IMG/VR virus record: IMGVR_UViG_3300034072_000758
Location: 124,001-188,000 of that record
Reading direction: 5' to 3' (one strand)
Length of the DNA stretch: 64,000 nt
Part shown: piece after piece, positions 57,445 to 64,000 of the stretch
How the letters are laid out: each line of letters starts with the position of its first letter
How positions within the stretch are numbered: the first letter of the stretch is position 1
The notes under the pieces: generated by a model
Database searches by the model: none
Told to the model about the DNA's origin: nothing
What the model saw: only the letters and a program-made list of their open reading frames with translations
Position numbers and translations under genes: made by a program

Positions 57445-57663
57445 ATGAGCAAGCGTCGAGACGACATCTTCAAGCAAAGCCGTTTCTTCACGGTTCAAGA
57501 CGCTGTTCGTGAGCGTCATGCCTATGACGCCATGCTGGAAGAAAAGGCCCGCAAGCGCCAAATCAAGGAACTGGAAGGCCGTCTTAAGCTGGCCTTGAAG
57601 CATGGCTGGGAGCACATCGCCGCCCGCACCCAAGCCCGTCTCGAAAAGCTCAAGGCTGCGTAA
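57445..57663 (+). CDS. Small basic coiled-coil protein
   Basis: AAGGA SD; 72 aa. Confidence 0.7.
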   Translation: MSKRRDDIFKQSRFFTVQDAVRERHAYDAMLEEKARKRQIKELEGRLKLALKHGWEHIAARTQARLEKLKAA

Positions 57664-57944
57664 TGGGTAAGTCTCGTAAAACCAACGTCATGAACGCGGT
57701 CTTTAATGGACGTGAGGGCGATCTCAAGGGCGCTGAAAAAGCGACGTTTGATCGCATGTTCACCAAGATCGACAACGGCGCAAAGCTGTCAGCGGCGACC
57801 GAGGTGAAGGACTTCGATTTCAATGGCGATTTCGGCGCTGGGTTCCGTCATGGGAATAAGCGTAAAGCTATGGCCGCGATGAAAGTCCTCAAGCGCAAAT
57901 CAGATCGCGCCAAGGGCAAGAAGGTCGATTTAAGCGGCGACTAA
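57663..57944 (+). CDS. Small basic protein
   Basis: TAATG-coupled; Lys-rich. Confidence 0.7.
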   Translation: MGKSRKTNVMNAVFNGREGDLKGAEKATFDRMFTKIDNGAKLSAATEVKDFDFNGDFGAGFRHGNKRKAMAAMKVLKRKSDRAKGKKVDLSGD

Positions 57945-58316
57945 CAATATGTTGGTCAGGATGTCTTCAACTTCTTCCCGACGATCAACGTTCGGACGAC
58001 CTTCGATATATGATCCCGATAACATCCAGACAACACCCGTCTCCATCGTAAATTTCATGACAATATATTTGTGGTGATATTTGGGATCATCAATTAGAGT
58101 GAATTTGAAGCCGGAAATATACACGCCCGCTTCGTCTTCTATCTTGACGATACAATGGCTGGCGTTAAACTCGCTCATACTATTTGTCGCGGCAAGTGAT
58201 ATTTTACCCATTGGCGAAATGATCTCGGCCACGGAGACACCATCGTTGATGTCAAACTTCGTCGTGTAACGATTGAACAGATCGATCCAAAAGTTCATAT
58301 GATCGTATTTCATCAC
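57930..58316 (-). CDS. C-terminal-motif protein (DxxFW subfamily)
   Basis: DHMNFW; ends REEVEDILTNILLVAA*. Confidence 0.72.
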   Translation of the reverse strand: MMKYDHMNFWIDLFNRYTTKFDINDGVSVAEIISPMGKISLAATNSMSEFNASHCIVKIEDEAGVYISGFKFTLIDDPKYHHKYIVMKFTMETGVVWMLSGSYIEGRPNVDRREEVEDILTNILLVAA

Positions 58317-58522
58317 ATATTCCGTTCTCTACCGCACTTCTTTTTTACGGTATGGGAGGGTGCTGTGGGCGAGGGTATATTAGAGAGGTACTGTTTTAAT
58401 GCCTCTTGAATGATCTCACTTTTGGTAAGACCATCTTTAAATGATTTTATCCGCAATGCGTCGTCCGTCGCCGAATCGAGGTAGACCGTGCGAAGAATCA
58501 TCCGCTCATTAGTTTCGGCCAT
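58313..58522 (-). CDS. Ribbon-helix-helix (CopG-like) DNA-binding protein
   Basis: RTVYLDSATDDALRIKSFKDGLTKSEIIQEALKQYL. Confidence 0.75.
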   Translation of the reverse strand: MAETNERMILRTVYLDSATDDALRIKSFKDGLTKSEIIQEALKQYLSNIPSPTAPSHTVKKKCGRERNM

Positions 58523-59042
58523 TGCGGATTTCCTCTCTCACCTTCATGAGAGCTTCGCCTAACCAGTTCGTGCCCTGCCAGTTGGCCGGGTCTACAATCT
58601 TGGGATCGTTCCATGCGAGCTTCACGCCCCATACAGCATCGTACCAAGCACCCTCAACCAGATGCTTGTCGCCCGTAGCCAGCAGGAACGCTTGTAGATC
58701 ATCATCCTGTTCAAATTTGGCTAGGTTCCCGCGATACACAATATCGCGCGCATTAGCTTCCCAGACGGCTTGGTCGAAGTTCTTTACTTTGCGACCAAGC
58801 TCCTTACAGCGTTTTGGAGCGTCCTGCCACTTATCGGTCTGTTCGACCTCTAAGATTTCTATGAAAGTCTCTTCATCTTGGAAGAGAGCGGCTTTCCCCG
58901 CCATCATATATTGTTCGGCACAATGAAAATCAAATTGAAAATCGCGGCCAAAATTACCACTAAAGCCACCACGGAAATCGGACGGGAACCATTGGCTGAA
59001 CGGTCCATTCAGGAAAAACAAGTGCGTGTCCGTCTCGGACAT
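58509..59042 (-). CDS. NADAR (YbiA) family hydrolase
   Basis: FSQW...AEQYMMAGKAALFQD...LGRKVKNFD...LVEG...WG...GTNWLGEALMKVRE; alternative start GTG 59072. Confidence 0.9.
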   Translation of the reverse strand: MSETDTHLFFLNGPFSQWFPSDFRGGFSGNFGRDFQFDFHCAEQYMMAGKAALFQDEETFIEILEVEQTDKWQDAPKRCKELGRKVKNFDQAVWEANARDIVYRGNLAKFEQDDDLQAFLLATGDKHLVEGAWYDAVWGVKLAWNDPKIVDPANWQGTNWLGEALMKVREEIRNGRN

Positions 59043-59235
59043 CTTCAATTCGTTATCGATTTTTGTGAACACACGCCTACCCCTGTTACATTCCGCGTTC
59101 ATCATATCATAAAGGTTGAGAAAGGATCAATTGGTATTATGGTTAAAATATAATAAAAATCCTCGTTGACAGGTCTCTAAAAACCGGGTTAGGCTCGATC
59201 ATGCCAAAGTCGGGCATAACAGGGAGTTGAGTATC

Positions 59236-59604
59236 ATGTTCACGGATTCCATCATCGCAGCCTTGTGTAAATTCTATTCTGACAATAATAACTGCCTTCT
59301 GATCGAAGGCGCGACAACAGAAGACAACTATCTCGTAGTAACCACAACCCGACGAACTCACTCCTTTGCTTTTGTTTCGAATCAATATCTCACAGTATAC
59401 GAAGACAATACTTCCAAAGTAGAGCGAATGCGTATCAGCTATACTTCGGACACGGCGAAAATCGGAATGGATTTGACGCCTCTTGAAGACGGTAAGTGGC
59501 GCGCTGAAAACTACACTAGTGTGGTAGATATGGATACTATCATGGATGAATTATGCATCTTACAGTTGATGGGTGGTCAGATGGCATTTCATCTGGCCGC
59601 GTAA
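59236..59604 (+). CDS. C-terminal-motif protein
   Basis: DMDTIMDELCILQLMG. Confidence 0.62.
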   Translation: MFTDSIIAALCKFYSDNNNCLLIEGATTEDNYLVVTTTRRTHSFAFVSNQYLTVYEDNTSKVERMRISYTSDTAKIGMDLTPLEDGKWRAENYTSVVDMDTIMDELCILQLMGGQMAFHLAA

Positions 59605-59980
59605 TTAACCAAATATCATATTGTGCTAGACGAAAAGCGATATGATTGAGACGCTGGGCTATCACATATGCGTGATAGCTTCGGGGCCAGATGATCCGGT
59701 ACTTAATCATTTCGCTGATCTCTTGATAGAAACAGCCGTGGCTTCTTATAAGCGTTGGTGATTGAATTACTGGATACAGTTCGGACCAATGTGAATGAGG
59801 ATAGGGTGAGGCATACTCGTCCGAATTTTCTGTCGCATATTCTACGACGATCTTCTTGAGCGAGGTCTGTAGATGATCGTTCTCAAGGAATGGGTATATG
59901 TCGAACATCCAAGAGTAGGCTTCGGCATCCGAGAACGATAACAGAAATCTCTCGAACCAAACCCGGTCAATAATCATCAT
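59540..59980 (-). CDS. Hypothetical protein
   Basis: Coupled to 59967-60860. Confidence 0.5.
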   Translation of the reverse strand: MMIIDRVWFERFLLSFSDAEAYSWMFDIYPFLENDHLQTSLKKIVVEYATENSDEYASPYPHSHWSELYPVIQSPTLIRSHGCFYQEISEMIKYRIIWPRSYHAYVIAQRLNHIAFRLAQYDIWLITRPDEMPSDHPSTVRCIIHP

Positions 59981-60860
59981 GCGCCGGAACCTCGATCAGA
60001 TCATAGGTCAGGGCTAATGCCATCTGTTCATCTTCGGATAAAGTGTCGAACTCTAAGATGGTCTTCATCATTGCGACACGATTTTTGCCACAGATACTAT
60101 TAATCTTTCTTAATTCATCATCCGGTAGATTGCGGAGCGCCAGAATCATGTCTGGAAGCATCGTATGAAGGGGCGACGTTGAACCAACGCGCTTCCGACA
60201 ACTATCCAACTCCATAATATTTTCTACGGACATTTGGATATAATGGAGCATGGGAGAACTCGATAGATTATTTACCAATTTCTCTCGCAAATCGTCTGGA
60301 ACGTGGAGGCGATTGGGATACTCCGGGGTGAAACCTTCGAGTTGAAGCCAAATGTCAGACTTGTTACCAAATCCAGCCGTCGCTTGAACAATAGCTTCTC
60401 CGAACTCTTGTGAGCTAATAGGATACAGATGCCGGTTCATTAGAATGGGATCGGCGAAGTGCGAGAAGCTACAGTCAAAAGCGTCGTAATATCGAAGAAG
60501 AACCTCCTTTGATTCAATACCACACAGCATTTGACCAGCCGCTCGAAAGAAGGAGTTAGCCTCTGGGAACCAGTCGGGATCACCGATATAATCTCGAACC
60601 TTACTTTCTTTACGCTCTTTTAAGCGAGCCACATGGTCTTTGAGCATTTCAAAGACGTATTCGCGTTGAACAGGGTCGGTGAAGATGAAATTTTCAAAAC
60701 CCTCTATCTGGTAAATCCATTTCGGGACGCGATTGATCTCTGTCTGTTCTTCAAGCGTAAGTATGCGAGGATGCGTGAGTTCCGACGCCATACGTCGATA
60801 CTTCTCCGCAATGATCTTTAGCATCGGGTCTTGTGCGTTGAATATGGATAATACTTTCAT
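59967..60860 (-). CDS. Hypothetical helical protein with motif-like C-terminus
   Basis: 297 aa; LSEDEQMALALTYD. Confidence 0.68.
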   Translation of the reverse strand: MKVLSIFNAQDPMLKIIAEKYRRMASELTHPRILTLEEQTEINRVPKWIYQIEGFENFIFTDPVQREYVFEMLKDHVARLKERKESKVRDYIGDPDWFPEANSFFRAAGQMLCGIESKEVLLRYYDAFDCSFSHFADPILMNRHLYPISSQEFGEAIVQATAGFGNKSDIWLQLEGFTPEYPNRLHVPDDLREKLVNNLSSSPMLHYIQMSVENIMELDSCRKRVGSTSPLHTMLPDMILALRNLPDDELRKINSICGKNRVAMMKTILEFDTLSEDEQMALALTYDLIEVPAHDDY

Positions 60861-60877
60861 ATCGGTATCCTATCACA

Positions 60878-61255
60878 CTATAGCGAAAGCCACAATTTCA
60901 TTAATGCTTCATCCGGGTCTGTCCCATCATGCGTTGATACGCGAACGTATTGGTATTTTACACGATCCAAAATTCCATCCAAAATTTCACTTGGCTTCAA
61001 ATCACTCTCACATGAGGTTTTTGGTGCTACGTTTATTTCGAAATAAAAATCAACACGGTCATCAGATAAAGGCTGGCCGTGGTGAACCGACCAAATGAAA
61101 ATCACACCATCAACAATTTTGGTTATGATGGCAAAATCATACGGGCCGATTTTTAAACGCTTCGTTTCATATTCCGCTTTATACATCAGCGCCCAAGCAA
61201 GGTCATTAGCCTTGTCTGGATAGTATTTCACTTTTTTGCGCTCTAAAAAGTTCAT
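60878..61255 (-). CDS. C-terminal-motif protein
   Basis: Ends TDPDEALMKLWLSL*. Confidence 0.7.
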   Translation of the reverse strand: MNFLERKKVKYYPDKANDLAWALMYKAEYETKRLKIGPYDFAIITKIVDGVIFIWSVHHGQPLSDDRVDFYFEINVAPKTSCESDLKPSEILDGILDRVKYQYVRVSTHDGTDPDEALMKLWLSL

Positions 61256-61578
61256 GACATAAACATGGCCAGAGATATGGCCGCATCATCCAATGATCCG
61301 GCGAAGCCGTCGCTCAACTTGACCCGACCATCTTCGTGGACCGTGGATACGTAATCATGCTTGATGCCGATAACGTACCAACTTTTCCACTCATATTCGT
61401 AAGAAATCGTAGCTGCCGCCGTGGTGTATCTATGTTCCTTGGGCGTGGATACAAGATAGCTTTGAAACGTCACCTTAAGCTCACCGATGATCTTCACCAG
61501 CTTCTCAGGAGATTGTTTATGGATCGGTAAAGCAGCGCGTTTCACAAGCGCAGCACATAGGCTTTGGTAGGGTGTCAT
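61252..61578 (-). CDS. C-terminal-motif protein
   Basis: Ends SLDDAAISLAMFMS*. Confidence 0.65.
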   Translation of the reverse strand: MTPYQSLCAALVKRAALPIHKQSPEKLVKIIGELKVTFQSYLVSTPKEHRYTTAAATISYEYEWKSWYVIGIKHDYVSTVHEDGRVKLSDGFAGSLDDAAISLAMFMS

Positions 61579-61724
61579 TTCTTTTTCTTGTCCTTGCGAT
61601 AAGCCTGATTACCCGGCGCTTTACCCTTCTTATGCGAAGGCGTAGGTTTACCATCGACGCATCGTTGATCCCCAGCACATATGCGGCGATTGTCACACAT
61701 ATCACAGGTCACGAAATCATTCAT
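61575..61724 (-). CDS. Small Cys-rich basic protein (below track cutoff)
   Basis: MNDFVTCDMCDNRRICAGDQRCVDG...KDKKKK*; ATGA overlaps on both sides. Confidence 0.55.
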   Translation of the reverse strand: MNDFVTCDMCDNRRICAGDQRCVDGKPTPSHKKGKAPGNQAYRKDKKKK

Positions 61725-62119
61725 GCGAGCAACTTCATCTGTATGTAAATCTCGTCTGGATCAATTGTCTTGGTGCGAATCGTGGCACCGACACAAACGG
61801 GAGCAAGAAACTTACCATAAGTTTCTCGAAATCCGTGCATATTGAAGCGTTCTTCAATCTTAAGATGATATTCGTATTGGAATTTAATAACGATCTCTCG
61901 ACCATAATTAATCTTGGTAATGACATCATACCATATTGTTTTGTCTTCACCTGTATTCTTCGACGGAAATTCATCTAAGCTTACGCTAAAATCATATCCC
62001 AAAATATCGATATTTGCCCGGTACAGTTTTTCATTAACGAACTTCTTATAATCAAGCTCCTTTTTAGTAATATACTCATGCAGCCAGACAGCCGTATCCC
62101 GATCAAGCTCCTTGAACAT
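61721..62119 (-). CDS. C-terminal-motif protein
   Basis: Ends IDPDEIYIQMKLLA*. Confidence 0.7.
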   Translation of the reverse strand: MFKELDRDTAVWLHEYITKKELDYKKFVNEKLYRANIDILGYDFSVSLDEFPSKNTGEDKTIWYDVITKINYGREIVIKFQYEYHLKIEERFNMHGFRETYGKFLAPVCVGATIRTKTIDPDEIYIQMKLLA

Positions 62120-62224
62120 AAATCACCCGATCAACATAAAGCGCATGGAAAGCATTAGCAGATGGTCCCGCGATGACGGCGCAACCGCTGATCTTCTTAT
62201 AACCATCAACCCAACGTGTATCGA

Positions 62225-62530
62225 TCATGCTGTCAGCGATAAGATCATCACCGCTTCCTCTTCGTCTGTGTTTATGTCAACGCGAGAAATAAACATCTTA
62301 CCACTACCAAAATGAATGATCAATGTGGGTGTGGTGACTTTTATTATCTCATAATTACCTTTACCCTTTAAGCCAATAATGGTCGCAGTACAGAGATCGT
62401 CGCCTATACGAAAATCGATAACTTCTCGTGTTTCTGGTGTCAGCATAATAAGTCCGTACCGTTCGCTCACGCGCCGAACAATTCCATTAGCAATAGGCCA
62501 GTAAGCTGGGTTCGAGCGTTCAAGGATCAT
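62225..62530 (-). CDS. C-terminal-motif protein
   Basis: Ends TDEEEAVMILSLTA*. Confidence 0.7.
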   Translation of the reverse strand: MILERSNPAYWPIANGIVRRVSERYGLIMLTPETREVIDFRIGDDLCTATIIGLKGKGNYEIIKVTTPTLIIHFGSGKMFISRVDINTDEEEAVMILSLTA

Positions 62531-62885
62531 GGCGAGTAATTACCGGCACAGCCTTATCGTCGGGCATATGAAGAGTGAATATCATCAGAGCTTCATCAAG
62601 AGTATATTGCGAGTCACTAAAGTTCACTAAAAAATCGTTAGAAGATATTTCTTCCAGCAAAGAATACACCGAGATCGCTTCGCATTGTAACTCACGGAAA
62701 CGAAGCTTGTTTTCCTTGATGGATACCCGCTCACAAACATAAATTATTTTATATTTACCAATGGTAAAATGAATTTGTGTGCCGGGATGCCAGCCCAATC
62801 CAGTCAATGACAGATGGCTGATAGCGTTCGAAATGGTGTCGATGATTCGCGCACCAAGCTCTCTTGGGACTTCAATACCAATCAT
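62520..62885 (-). CDS. C-terminal-motif protein
   Basis: TLDEALMIFTLHM near the C-terminus. Confidence 0.65.
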   Translation of the reverse strand: MIGIEVPRELGARIIDTISNAISHLSLTGLGWHPGTQIHFTIGKYKIIYVCERVSIKENKLRFRELQCEAISVYSLLEEISSNDFLVNFSDSQYTLDEALMIFTLHMPDDKAVPVITRHDP

Positions 62886-63247
62886 TCGACCACCATCAGT
62901 ATAAGCATCATAGCATCATCCCCGTCATCATACGTGGGATGCCTCATTATAAAATATTCTGTAAAGGGGTCGATTCCAGCCGCTTTATTGATCACTCGTA
63001 TCAAGTGAATGTCACCATATTTTATTTCACGCAGAACCCAGCGACCGCGTATTGGTTCTTCTTTAAAGGGGTTATCATCTGGGAAAAATTGAAATGTCGA
63101 AATAAAACGTCCGGTTTCAAGCGTGACTTGCTGGCCATGTTCTTTCGAGCGCATCATGTCCATGCGCGCCTTACCCTCAATCGTAATGTTCTTCCGAACA
63201 TACGAAAGCACCATATCATGATATTCTTCTTCGATGTAGTAGGTCAT
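62882..63247 (-). CDS. C-terminal-motif protein
   Basis: Ends DDGDDAMMLILMVVE*. Confidence 0.7.
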   Translation of the reverse strand: MTYYIEEEYHDMVLSYVRKNITIEGKARMDMMRSKEHGQQVTLETGRFISTFQFFPDDNPFKEEPIRGRWVLREIKYGDIHLIRVINKAAGIDPFTEYFIMRHPTYDDGDDAMMLILMVVE

Positions 63248-63573
63248 TTATATTTCAAAAGGAATGTCGTAAACTCGGTATCAATTTCAGTGGTACGGTC
63301 TTTAGGGTTTCGATGACTCACCTTAACCGAACTGACCTTACTCTTATCCCACTCAAATTCGAAACGCAGGGCCTCATAGAGAACTTCTTTAATGAAACTA
63401 CCAACCGAAGTATTGATCATTGTGATTTCGATGTCGGGGTCAAAATATAGCGTCTCTTCCCCGCGATTCCACTTAGTAGCAACTTCGCTGTCATAATACA
63501 TTTTGTGGAAATAATTGTATATTTCTGCGCTCTTAGGCGAGTTATAACAAAGGGAAACGATAAACTCATTCAT
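63244..63573 (-). CDS. C-terminal-motif protein
   Basis: Ends TEIDTEFTTFLLKYK*. Confidence 0.65.
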   Translation of the reverse strand: MNEFIVSLCYNSPKSAEIYNYFHKMYYDSEVATKWNRGEETLYFDPDIEITMINTSVGSFIKEVLYEALRFEFEWDKSKVSSVKVSHRNPKDRTTEIDTEFTTFLLKYK

Positions 63574-63905
63574 CGATAGTCACTCTCTATTTTATCACGC
63601 TTCGTCATTGGTTCTTTTTTCAAACTTACAGAGAAACCCAGATGTGGAAGAATGCTTGCGAAATTTCGGATGGTATCACCGTGAATGGTTACGCGACACT
63701 CATATTCCCCGGAGGCCAGCAAGGATGATGCCACCTTGGGAATAATAAAGGGGGGACATCCAAAACTAAACACCACACCAGCCGCATAGTCGGCCTGTTG
63801 CTTGGTTGGGTATCCTTCACCTATCCACTTAATGCGGATCGGAGTGCCATCTGGATAGCCGTAAGGTTTGGGTAAGCTTAACATGGTAAATTTCGTATCA
63901 CACAT
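63570..63905 (-). CDS. Hypothetical protein
   Basis: 111 aa, ATGA-coupled. Confidence 0.55.
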   Translation of the reverse strand: MCDTKFTMLSLPKPYGYPDGTPIRIKWIGEGYPTKQQADYAAGVVFSFGCPPFIIPKVASSLLASGEYECRVTIHGDTIRNFASILPHLGFSVSLKKEPMTKRDKIESDYR

Positions 63906-64000
63906 TTAAGCCATTTAGAAGCCCCTACAGCGATATAAATGAATTTAGTCAACACTTATCGATTATCTTATTAACGCCCGTCCTGAGCCTTGTCTGGGGC

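Noticed and set aside
61517-61705. Track ORF MICVTIAAY...
   Set aside because: The other frame (61575-61724, Cys-rich) has ATGA overlaps at both ends and is preferred.
27362-63573. C-terminal motif as a TM tail anchor or ssrA-like degron
   Set aside because: The hydrophobic part is only about 7-10 residues and often contains K/R, too short for a TM helix. Only one member clearly ends in AA, so it is not a simple ssrA mimic, though protease docking is not excluded.
1-64000. CRISPR array, IS/transposase, integrase, intron or DGR reverse transcriptase as the source of the diversified arrays
   Set aside because: I saw no regularly spaced nucleotide repeats, TR/VR pairs, or RT/transposase motifs; the family similarity is visible only at protein level. 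A self dot-plot would be needed to exclude short repeats.
1-64000. Stop-codon reassignment (alternative genetic code)
   Set aside because: Known genes are intact under code 11, and TAA, TGA and TAG all end genes at sensible positions, including directly after the shared C-terminal motif.

Overview
A 64-kb segment of a large (jumbo-type) T4-superfamily-like myophage genome, probably infecting an alphaproteobacterium (inferred from the style of its BI-1/YccA, Smr and ThrRS genes). It has three kinds of content. (i) Late structural genes on the minus strand: a giant virion protein of more than 1800 aa that runs off the left edge and is missing from the ORF track, a gp5/VgrG-like spike fused to a SleB-type cell-wall hydrolase, a hub protein, a gp53-like wedge, tube-like proteins, a Holliday-junction resolvase, and probable internal head enzymes (ART-like, GNAT). 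Nearly all sit behind a TAAATA box exactly 5 nt before the ATG with no room for a Shine-Dalgarno, which implies leaderless late mRNAs. (ii) Host-like genes: ValRS and ThrRS that both lack editing domains, tRNA-Arg(UCU), Smr, AdoMet decarboxylase, a radical SAM protein, BI-1/YccA, DUF350, an HhH-GPD glycosylase, a metallophosphoesterase and NADAR. (iii) The dominant unexplained signal: about 55-58 mostly small, highly divergent hypothetical proteins in translationally coupled arrays, nearly all ending in the same acidic-then-hydrophobic C-terminal helix (roughly [ED]-[ED]-h-[ED]-[ED]-x-h-h-x-h-x-L-x(1-4)-stop). This looks like a shared docking or targeting tag on a large variable repertoire, or a hugely expanded paralog family. 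All assignments come from motif recognition by eye; no searches were run.
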